This document shows, piece after piece, positions 49,275 through 57,254 of a DNA stretch of 64,000 nt. The position numbers were made by a program, and so were the translations under genes. The stretch's first letter is position 1. Every line of letters begins with the position of its first letter. The notes under the pieces were generated by a model. The model did no database searches. It saw only the letters and a program-made list of their open reading frames with translations, and was not told where the DNA came from. The stretch is from positions 124,001 to 188,000 of IMG/VR virus record IMGVR_UViG_3300042934_000547, one strand, 5' to 3'.

Positions 49275-50006
49275 TTAAAAATATTGATACGAATCAATAT
49301 AATCAGTGGTAGATAATGAAACTAATCTTTGAACCCCATCTTCAAATTTATCACTATATATTGGAGTGAAGAGTTTAATCTTACCAAAATTATCAATGTA
49401 AGATAATAGTGAACCGAATTTGTCATAGATATATGTATCTACAGCATCTTCTTTATTTGGTTCAGATACGATTAAATATTTCTTTGTTCTACCTGTTGAT
49501 AGAGTCTCATATCTGTATAATTGAGTAATATTAGTTTTTAAATCTCTTTCTTTCGTAATTCTTCTGTTCTCGTCATAATCATAATCTATTGAAACAAATC
49601 CTCTCTGATTTATTAATAGATCACCATCATCATATGTATATTTAGAGATCATTCTACCTAAGTCATCGCACTCCTCTATTAATAAACAAGGATCATTATT
49701 GTCATATTTATAGAAGATTTCGTGTATCTTATTTTTTATACTATTTGTTGAATGTATAAGCCTTTGTAGTTCATCATAATAACTTTCTTTAATAACGTTT
49801 AAATTATTTTTAAAGTTAACTGCTGTGACAGATTTTGTATTATTATCAGAAAAAACTGTCATTTGTTCCCACTCTGGTTTAGCTGTAGGGTTCTTAAAAC
49901 TCTGCATCCTAATTACCTCATTTTCTCCATTGTAGAATACCTTATCTACTGAATTATTTGAATACTTTCTTGTTACGATTTTTGTAACTTGGTTTTTGTT
50001 AATCAT
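49275..50006 (-). CDS. Stand-alone YD-repeat protein
   Basis: YYDELQRL, YTYDDGDL, YDYDENRRI, YIYDKFGSL. Confidence 0.75.
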   Translation of the reverse strand: MINKNQVTKIVTRKYSNNSVDKVFYNGENEVIRMQSFKNPTAKPEWEQMTVFSDNNTKSVTAVNFKNNLNVIKESYYDELQRLIHSTNSIKNKIHEIFYKYDNNDPCLLIEECDDLGRMISKYTYDDGDLLINQRGFVSIDYDYDENRRITKERDLKTNITQLYRYETLSTGRTKKYLIVSEPNKEDAVDTYIYDKFGSLLSYIDNFGKIKLFTPIYSDKFEDGVQRLVSLSTTDYIDSYQYF

Positions 50007-50062
50007 TTTGTTTGTCTCCCTTTATATTTTATTTTTAATAGAATATGATTCTATTATTACTT

Positions 50063-50896
50063 CTAAACGTATAATATCTGTTTTATGTAATTGCTGGATT
50101 TAATCTCAATTAATTGATTGTTTCTGGTATAATATAATTTATATGAGTCCTTAAATACCGTTTTATCGTCTTCGATTATTTCTGTAAATATTCTATCACC
50201 TTTATCATTAAATTCAGTAAAAGTAATATCAGTTATGCGTTTATTTTGTTCATTCTTATATTGCATAAATTCTTTATTTGTAGCTTCCTTACCATTTTCA
50301 TGATATGTGTATTCAGTAACATGAATTTTATCTGCATCATTATCATATGTATGAGTTATAGATTTAATCTGGTTCTCATCATTGTAATAATAATCAGTAA
50401 CAATACCATTTTTGTGATTTATGTATCGTGTCAAATCATTTCTGATATTATAATAGTATGATGATAATATTCTACCATTCTCATCACATATCTCACTTAT
50501 CATATCACTGTTTTCAAAATACTTCATTATCACAATATTATCATCTGAAACTAATTCTGATAATAATCCACTTCCATTATATTTATATAATGTGATTTTA
50601 GGTACACCAGTTTTGATATCAAAATCAAATGTACTAATTATCTTACCAGACAAATCATATTCTGACTTAGATAATACAACTCCATTAGTATTATACTTAG
50701 TTTCAATAATTCTAGTATTACTATGAGTAAAAACTGTTCTAAGTTCTTTAATAAGTTTACCCTTAGTATTAACCTCTTTCTCATATAGAGATTGACCTGA
50801 GTCATTAAACATCTCAAGTCCAATTTTAGAAATCTTACCTTCTCCATCATTAAATTTAGTTGTAACTATCTTAGTTACCTTATTTGAATTCATCAT
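50063..50896 (-). CDS. Stand-alone YD-repeat early protein
   Basis: EYDLSGKI, YKYNGSGLL, YYYNDENQI, YTYHENGK; TATATTATA at 50963-50971. Confidence 0.75.
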   Translation of the reverse strand: MMNSNKVTKIVTTKFNDGEGKISKIGLEMFNDSGQSLYEKEVNTKGKLIKELRTVFTHSNTRIIETKYNTNGVVLSKSEYDLSGKIISTFDFDIKTGVPKITLYKYNGSGLLSELVSDDNIVIMKYFENSDMISEICDENGRILSSYYYNIRNDLTRYINHKNGIVTDYYYNDENQIKSITHTYDNDADKIHVTEYTYHENGKEATNKEFMQYKNEQNKRITDITFTEFNDKGDRIFTEIIEDDKTVFKDSYKLYYTRNNQLIEIKSSNYIKQILYV

Positions 50897-51018
50897 TCGA
50901 ATTCCCCCTGTTATTAAGATTATTAATTCTATCCTATATTAGATTAGAATCAATTTCATAAATATAATATATACTTATAAGTGTTTTTATGGAATTGAAA
51001 TGATTAAGTGATTTAATT

Positions 51019-51417
51019 GGGTAGAAGAATTTTTTACCCTTCTCTTCTCCTTTCCCCCCTTAAACCCCCCTTTCCTCATCTCATCCCATTCACCCCTCTC
51101 CCTTATAATCTAGATTTAAATTATATTTATTTATTCTTTATTATTCTACCATCAATTCCATTATTCTTTATTTATCTTTAATTTTATTTATTTTTCTTCT
51201 TTCTCTTTATTTCTTTTCTTTATTCTTCCTGAGCTTCATCCATGAACCCCAATCTCGCTTCGCTCGTTCATTGGGTTCATGTCTCTACGAGACATTTTAG
51301 AGTCCAAAGCCCCCTATAGAAAACACCCGGTAGTAAAAAACTACCGAATGCGGGGGCTTGGACATAGTTACAACGCTCGACAATATTAGTATCAACTTTT
51401 GTGATTATCCTATTGTT
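51019..51417 (-). other. Non-coding structured locus: candidate replication origin / primer RNA
   Basis: Late-type motif 51406-51417, three GC-rich hairpins 51241-51363, about 190-nt purine tract, G-runs 51037-51102; no ORF. Confidence 0.55.
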
Positions 51418-51491
51418 ATTCGTAAATATTTTTTATAAATTTTATAGTCCTTCAACAATACTATAAATAATCCTTAGGAGGATATAAATAA

Positions 51492-52106
51492 ATGAATATA
51501 AAAAATAAGATTAGGTTATTCTTTCATAAATATAATTTAGATAATATATTTCTATTCTTTAATAATGATATAGATTTAGAAACTAAAACGACCATTCTGA
51601 GTGAGGAAGAAATATTAAGCAATCCTTTAGCTAGTTTATGTCAGCACCCATTTTATTCTATTATAGATATAAGCTTTGTTAATCAAAAAATAGTAATCAG
51701 TCTAGAGTCAATTATAACTCTAACCATATTACATGATTGTATTCAGAATATTTATAATAGAACGTCTGACTATATATTCACATTTGACATCACACGGTCT
51801 TATAAGATAGATAAGCTCGTAATCGATGTGGAAATACAATTCAGTACGACTCAGCAGGCTTATAAGTATTTACTCCTTTTACTGACTGACCTTAACCTAG
51901 AACTTATAGAAAGTGTAACTGTAGAACCTAAAAATATTTACGAGCATGATGATCTACTAAAATATTTCAATTCATATCAAGTAAATTATGAATCATATAT
52001 ACGATATTTGGATTCTAGTAAAACTAAACCTCAAATCAAATATATTATTGATGTACTTCATAATCATAATGATATGATTAAAAATATTCGTGATTTAATA
52101 CATTAG
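51492..52106 (+). CDS. Hypothetical protein
   Basis: GGAGG RBS; AACA-N6-TA at 51454-51465. Confidence 0.65.
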   Translation: MNIKNKIRLFFHKYNLDNIFLFFNNDIDLETKTTILSEEEILSNPLASLCQHPFYSIIDISFVNQKIVISLESIITLTILHDCIQNIYNRTSDYIFTFDITRSYKIDKLVIDVEIQFSTTQQAYKYLLLLLTDLNLELIESVTVEPKNIYEHDDLLKYFNSYQVNYESYIRYLDSSKTKPQIKYIIDVLHNHNDMIKNIRDLIH

Positions 52107-52118
52107 AAAAAAAAATAA

Positions 52119-52144
52119 ACCTCTAGGACTTTAATCCTAGAGGT
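52119..52144. terminator. Bidirectional terminator
   Basis: ACCTCTAGGA-ctttaa-TCCTAGAGGT. Confidence 0.8.
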
Positions 52145-52155
52145 ATCTTTATTTT

Positions 52156-53175
52156 CTATAAATCCGTATATATTTCTTCTAATAGATTTCCATCCATATC
52201 ATAAATTTTTCTATGCTTTTGATACTTATCAAATCTTACAGCTTCCTTATTCCATTTAGAATAAATAAACTCTTTAAAATGACATTCTATATCATTATAA
52301 ATGAAATCTCTTTCCATCATCAACTTAGAGAAGTTTCCATCATGGAAATATATACTTCCACCATCAGGCATGATGATATTTTTGTATTCATAGTCGTCGA
52401 TTTTTTCTGTTACCATTACTACATCATGTGGTAACGATTCTATAGTAACGGTGTGCCCCTGATTAGCAGCTACTATTGTGTAAGAACTAGGACGTCTTTG
52501 AAGTACCTCAAAATTATCAGTTGGTTTTAATAATATCTTATCCCTAATTTTACTATAATTGATCTTACCATAAACTGATGAAACTAAATCTCTGAATGAA
52601 GAGTAATTACCATCTGTTAAAATAGATGTACCGTTCTCAGTGATATTAGCTAATAAGCCACTCTTGCTATAGAAATATTTAAACTCTTTCTTAGCTGGTA
52701 TTATGACTATCATTCGTTCCACATCGTGACGATATGATGTGTATGAATATATCATATGAGATACAGTACGTTGGTCGTTTAAACCTAAAACGCTTTTAAC
52801 TAACAACAATTTGGTATCCATATTATTATAAATGCTTATTGTTGCCTTACCAGTAACTTCATCATATATTATAACAGTATTACCATATTGCACTCCCTTT
52901 ATTTCACGTTTAGTAACTTCGCCAGTAACAAGATTTGTCGTCCTATGTATTTGGTGTGGTAAATCTTCACGCAGACTCATGTATTCAACATTTAATTCAG
53001 TTGATGCTACAAAGTCAGTCTTTGTCTTTATTCCACCATAGTTATTATAAATCTCTTCCTTTAGAAGTTTACCCTGAGACTCTTCGGTCCCCTGTTCATA
53101 AAGATATGTATGTCGTAACTTTGATTGTCCATCTACTAATGCATATACTTTCCTTAATTCATTTTTTCCTTCCAT
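52156..53175 (-). CDS. Beta-rich, YD-repeat-like early protein
   Basis: IIYDEVTGK, YFYSKSGLL, IYDMDGNLL; AAGGAGG before MEGK; TATATTATA at 53214-53222. Confidence 0.6.
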   Translation of the reverse strand: MEGKNELRKVYALVDGQSKLRHTYLYEQGTEESQGKLLKEEIYNNYGGIKTKTDFVASTELNVEYMSLREDLPHQIHRTTNLVTGEVTKREIKGVQYGNTVIIYDEVTGKATISIYNNMDTKLLLVKSVLGLNDQRTVSHMIYSYTSYRHDVERMIVIIPAKKEFKYFYSKSGLLANITENGTSILTDGNYSSFRDLVSSVYGKINYSKIRDKILLKPTDNFEVLQRRPSSYTIVAANQGHTVTIESLPHDVVMVTEKIDDYEYKNIIMPDGGSIYFHDGNFSKLMMERDFIYNDIECHFKEFIYSKWNKEAVRFDKYQKHRKIYDMDGNLLEEIYTDL

Positions 53176-53243
53176 TTGTATCCTCCTTATATAACCTTTT
53201 AACTTATCGTTTATATAATATATACCCATATCAAATTTTGAAA

Positions 53244-53314
53244 ATAAAAGGGAGGAGTGAAATTAATCACTCCCAACAAGATGATTTTTATTACTTTACT
53301 TATAACCGAGACTT
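53244..53314 (-). ncRNA. Candidate small RNA (about 70 nt)
   Basis: AACT-N6-TA at 53314-53325, terminator 53254-53273, no minus-strand ORF. Confidence 0.3.
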
Positions 53315-53339
53315 ATGATATAGTTATATATATTTAGAA

Positions 53340-53510
53340 AAAAAAATATCGGGTAGGAAATCAATCCTACCCATTAGGCATGTGTAAAAGTAATTGATTT
53401 ATATGAATTAAAAAAGGAACGTTGTTGATGGAAAACAAATTTTAGGAGTTATACATAACAAATTGTCTTCACATGCCTATTTTATTTAACTGAAATTTTC
53501 TTATTCAATT
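53340..53510 (-). ncRNA. Candidate small RNA (about 170 nt)
   Basis: AACA-N6-TA at 53510-53521; 10-bp long-range stem TAGGCATGTG/CACATGCCTA; terminator 53351-53372 plus T-run. Confidence 0.45.
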
Positions 53511-53530
53511 ACCTTATTGTTATTACCCTA

Positions 53531-53644
53531 TTAATTATTATTACGTTGAATTGGTATAATATTATGAGTAAATTTGAATAGTAATTGTTCAGACTCTTCC
53601 ACCATCAATGCCTCTAGTATGAATTTCTTTTCATTAATTGTCAT
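53531..53644 (-). CDS. Small protein (37 aa; not in ORF track)
   Basis: MTINEKKFILEALMVEESEQLLFKFTHNIIPIQRNNN; starts just downstream of the preceding stop; AAGGA RBS. Confidence 0.5.
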   Translation of the reverse strand: MTINEKKFILEALMVEESEQLLFKFTHNIIPIQRNNN

Positions 53645-53647
53645 AGT

Positions 53648-54496
53648 TTATTTTTCCTTTATTATGTATTCTAAATTATTCAGTTTAAGTTTATTAGCAT
53701 AACTAAATAATTCAGTGGCAAATATATCATCACATTGTTTATGCCAATTTATTTTTTCTTCATCTGTCATTTCCAACAGCGTACAAAATTCATCATATCT
53801 ATCTATATATAGATATACCTTAGATTTATTATCCCATACATCCAATGTTTTATCTAATCTCACTTTACGAACAATAAATCGTGCCAGTGTTTTTAATACA
53901 TTGATATATAATTCTTTATTGAAACGTCCTGATTCTTCAAATAACTGAAATACATTTACAGTAAATTTATTGTATCTAATTCTATCAAGACTAATATATC
54001 CACTGTATATATATTTAAATAAATCGTATCGCTCATTTATCTGTATTGGATAACTAAAATTATTCATATTAATATTGTGAGTACATTTCGATACCCAATC
54101 ATTAAATTTCTTTGAATTAATATTAGTATGTAATATCTCAGTTACCGTATAACTAGGTTGTATATTGATGAAATTACTTAATGGTATTTCATCTACACAA
54201 TTCACAGGAACATAGGAATTTGCTCGGTTATTATTATAACAGACGTAATACTTAAGAGCCATAGGTTCATATTTAATGAGTAATCGTTCAATAGCCTCCT
54301 GTATCTCACAGCTTTGAACTATATCCCTAGAACCAAATTCTTTTTTGATTTTTCCAGAGATAGTATAAACTAATGAAACGTCCTCTAGATATTTTTTAGG
54401 ATTGCAAGCCACCAAAACTGAATTTAAAATAATATTGAGTTTTTCTTTATTAAATGGTTCTACCGCCCCGTTCCGTTTAATAATTAAAGTAATCAT
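53648..54496 (-). CDS. ATP-cone protein with degenerate RNR-like C-terminus
   Basis: IIKRNGAVEPFNKEKL...EIQEAIERLL; AACA-N6-TA at 54533-54544. Confidence 0.75.
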   Translation of the reverse strand: MITLIIKRNGAVEPFNKEKLNIILNSVLVACNPKKYLEDVSLVYTISGKIKKEFGSRDIVQSCEIQEAIERLLIKYEPMALKYYVCYNNNRANSYVPVNCVDEIPLSNFINIQPSYTVTEILHTNINSKKFNDWVSKCTHNINMNNFSYPIQINERYDLFKYIYSGYISLDRIRYNKFTVNVFQLFEESGRFNKELYINVLKTLARFIVRKVRLDKTLDVWDNKSKVYLYIDRYDEFCTLLEMTDEEKINWHKQCDDIFATELFSYANKLKLNNLEYIIKEK

Positions 54497-54654
54497 ATTG
54501 TAAGTCTCCCTTCTAATGCCTATTAATTAAATTATCTTTATGTTTGTTTTTTCGTTAAATATTCTACAGTTACATAAATCAATATCTCCGTGAAATTTAT
54601 TATTTTATACCATTGCAACATTATAATAGTTGTGGAAGACTAAAGGAGAATATG

Positions 54655-55464
54655 ATGATGGAAAATAAAATAGATGTACAAGGATATAAGTATTATTCAA
54701 TAGAAGATAATATTATTAGAATCTCTAAAGATAAAAATGTTATTAATGATAAGTGGACTAAACTGAAAATGGATGCATTAATGGCTTTTCATATAATATC
54801 GAATGATGATGGAGCCAAATATATTATGGTTGCTATGTACAATAATGGTGACTATAAAAATCCTGTTCTGATATTTGTTTCAAATTTTATAAATGAATGG
54901 GACGCAAATATTGGTAATAGAATACTAGGGAAAACATTCAACAGGTATACTGGAATTGATGAAAATTTATTTAAGGTTATAAAAATAGAATATTCCGAAT
55001 ATGTTGCTATATATAAGGAAGATTCATTTAAAAATATTTATGACCAACTTATTAATAAAGATAAGTTTAATGAAGTCCTTAAAGCATTTAATTCTGCTTT
55101 TATAGAAATGGGTAATCTTAATATATCTCTACCTGATAATCTTTATGATTATATGAAACACGGTGCATTTGATTATGACTACGATAATGAATTAGGCATT
55201 GAGCAACTTGAATTTGACCTTGAAATAGATAATGAGAGACTAATCAACCAATTAGACTTAGAAACATTTCTCGGTCATAAATTAATTCAACCTGTTATAG
55301 TCAAATATAATCGAATTATAGTTTTAGAAGATATCAAAAAAGACTATGGATTATTCCGTGACGCCACTGATACATTATATCTAGTTACGTTTATTCGTGG
55401 AGATATAATAGATGATGAAAACCTAGATTTAATCGAGTGGAATAAGAGCTTTGGAGTGAGGTAA
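54655..55464 (+). CDS. Hypothetical protein
   Basis: AAGGAG RBS; AACA-N6-TA at 54617-54628. Confidence 0.65.
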   Translation: MMENKIDVQGYKYYSIEDNIIRISKDKNVINDKWTKLKMDALMAFHIISNDDGAKYIMVAMYNNGDYKNPVLIFVSNFINEWDANIGNRILGKTFNRYTGIDENLFKVIKIEYSEYVAIYKEDSFKNIYDQLINKDKFNEVLKAFNSAFIEMGNLNISLPDNLYDYMKHGAFDYDYDNELGIEQLEFDLEIDNERLINQLDLETFLGHKLIQPVIVKYNRIIVLEDIKKDYGLFRDATDTLYLVTFIRGDIIDDENLDLIEWNKSFGVR

Positions 55465-55535
55465 TAAAATATATTATAAATATATATTATAACAATGAAT
55501 TAAACAAATTTAAAATTTTAGGAGGAACAACAAAG

Positions 55536-56255
55536 ATGGATATGGATAATACATTCATGAACCCAAACCAAGTGAATCAAAAGGAAATAAAGGATTACGA
55601 AGCAGAATTCGATACTCCAATTACATTAAGTGAGCCGATGAGATTTTATATCGAGACCACTACACGTTTAGGTATGGAGATATTAAAGAAGTATACTCCA
55701 ATTTTCGGCGACTTAATCGGTACGTTTATTACGGTTAATACCAAAGGCGATCTTGAAGTATCATTACAGTTTGAGAAAAAAGGTGCTGGCAATGTTGTAG
55801 ACTTATTCAACAACAGTGACTTCAACCAAAGAATTACAGCGTTCAATACGCTTAACACAACAAACAGAATCTTCGATTTAGATGATACTGTTAAAGGAAC
55901 TTTCCAAAGATTCTTAATCAAAGCTAATCCAATGCAGAAAATTGATTGGAATCAATATATCAGACAAATAACAATCAACAACAACACTATGAGTGGAAAG
56001 CACACAATTCTTGAATTGGCTCACATTTCACTTGATAGATTGCTGCCTGAATTAATATTTGTTGGAGAAGATGCTAAGAAAAAACGCACTACTCAGATTA
56101 AGACTATTATAACTGGTTCTGTAAATCCAGCTTCACCATTATCAAAAAATTGGTTCGTGAAGATAGATATGCTGGATCAAGCTACTGTTGATTTCGTATC
56201 TAAAGAAGCAGGAATTGTTACAAGCACTTACGGCTTGGATATGATAACACTCTAA
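55536..56255 (+). CDS. Early hypothetical protein
   Basis: TATATTATA at 55483-55491; strong RBS. Confidence 0.7.
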   Translation: MDMDNTFMNPNQVNQKEIKDYEAEFDTPITLSEPMRFYIETTTRLGMEILKKYTPIFGDLIGTFITVNTKGDLEVSLQFEKKGAGNVVDLFNNSDFNQRITAFNTLNTTNRIFDLDDTVKGTFQRFLIKANPMQKIDWNQYIRQITINNNTMSGKHTILELAHISLDRLLPELIFVGEDAKKKRTTQIKTIITGSVNPASPLSKNWFVKIDMLDQATVDFVSKEAGIVTSTYGLDMITL

Positions 56256-56313
56256 TATAGCAGAGGGTATACATTATGTATACCCTTTAATTTTTCTCTA
56301 TGGAGGTACACTA

Positions 56314-56643
56314 ATGGCTTTCGAAGACAAACTCGAATATGACATAGAACAAGAATTAGGTGTATTTGATGAAAAAGGAAATACATCACTTGAATTAAGA
56401 GTTGTAAGCTGGAATAAGAAGCCTGCTAAACTTGAATTAAGAAAATGGGTAACCAACAGCGATGGTCAAAATCCAAATAAAGGATTCTCATTCTTAACTG
56501 ATGAAGGTCCGCATCGTCTTGCTGAACTTTTAGTTGAAAATAATTTTGGAGATACAAAAACTCTAAAAGCTCTTTTAATTGATAGGGATGATTACGATGA
56601 ATCTGAATCAGATTATGACTATTTGGATGAAGAAGAAGAATAA
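56314..56643 (+). CDS. PC4/YdbC-family ssDNA-binding protein
   Basis: LELRVVSWN..PAKLELRKW...KGFSF; acidic tail. Confidence 0.8.
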   Translation: MAFEDKLEYDIEQELGVFDEKGNTSLELRVVSWNKKPAKLELRKWVTNSDGQNPNKGFSFLTDEGPHRLAELLVENNFGDTKTLKALLIDRDDYDESESDYDYLDEEEE

Positions 56644-56649
56644 CAATTA

Positions 56650-56679
56650 ATGGTGGAACCTGTAATCGGGTTCCATCAT
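56650..56679 (+). terminator. Intrinsic terminator
   Basis: ATGGTGGAACC...GGTTCCATCAT followed by a T-run. Confidence 0.8.
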
Positions 56680-56719
56680 TTTTTTTTGTATTATGACAAT
56701 ATTCGCATCAAGATAAGAA

Positions 56720-56752
56720 TGTAAAAATTAACTTTTTTGAATATATATTATA
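56720..56752 (+). promoter_or_regulatory. Bipartite early-type promoter TGTAAA-N18-TATATTATA
   Basis: TGTAAA 56720-56725, TATATTATA 56744-56752. Confidence 0.8.
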
Positions 56753-56757
56753 GATAT

Positions 56758-56839
56758 GAATAGTAAATAATAAATAGTAGTATATTCTTAGTTGAATATA
56801 TAAACTCACATAACTATTCTTCTTTCATAAGAAGTGAGT
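56758..56839 (+). promoter_or_regulatory. Predicted 5'-leader pseudoknot, copy E
   Basis: S1 GAATAGT 56758-64 / ACTATTC 56813-19; S2 ACTCAC 56804-09 / GTGAGT 56834-39; AAATAA loop. Confidence 0.75.
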
Positions 56840-56855
56840 AATAGAGGAGAATGAA

Positions 56856-56990
56856 ATGAAAGTAGCAATATTTATTTTAGGAGTAATGATTTTAACAGCA
56901 ATAATACCAGCACCATATAATGTAGTTGCAGCTGTTGCATTTGGATTTATATTATCTGGTATAGATTTAAAGAAGAAAAATGATAATTAA
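56856..56990 (+). CDS. Small two-TM early protein (44 aa; not in ORF track)
   Basis: MKVAIFILGVMILTAIIPAPYNVVAAVAFGFILSGIDLKKKNDN; GAGGAG RBS. Confidence 0.75.
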   Translation: MKVAIFILGVMILTAIIPAPYNVVAAVAFGFILSGIDLKKKNDN

Positions 56991-57068
56991 ATATGAATAA
57001 TAGAACGATAAAATAATATAGCGGGAAATAAGAATGCTATATTATTTTTTATCTAAAAGGAGATAAAG

Positions 57069-57254
57069 ATGAATACAAAGAAGAGTAATACAATATTTTT
57101 ATTAACAGTTGTATTGAGTTTGTGTTATAGTATGCTTATATTTGGGGCAATACAACTTGCTAAAATATACGGTAAATTACCATTATTTATAGTAGGAATG
57201 GTTATGTATTTAATTGGAAAATTTATATATTTTAAAAGGATGAAAAATGACTGA
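57069..57254 (+). CDS. Small two-TM protein
   Basis: Two hydrophobic helices; AAGGAG RBS. Confidence 0.7.
   Translation: MNTKKSNTIFLLTVVLSLCYSMLIFGAIQLAKIYGKLPLFIVGMVMYLIGKFIYFKRMKND

Noticed and set aside
46386-50896. RHS polymorphic toxin-immunity locus
   Set aside because: No long RHS core, DPxG motif, toxin tip or immunity pairing; each gene is a short complete unit.
51241-51363. tRNA or CRISPR repeat
   Set aside because: No cloverleaf or T-loop motif, and no regularly spaced repeats anywhere in the window.
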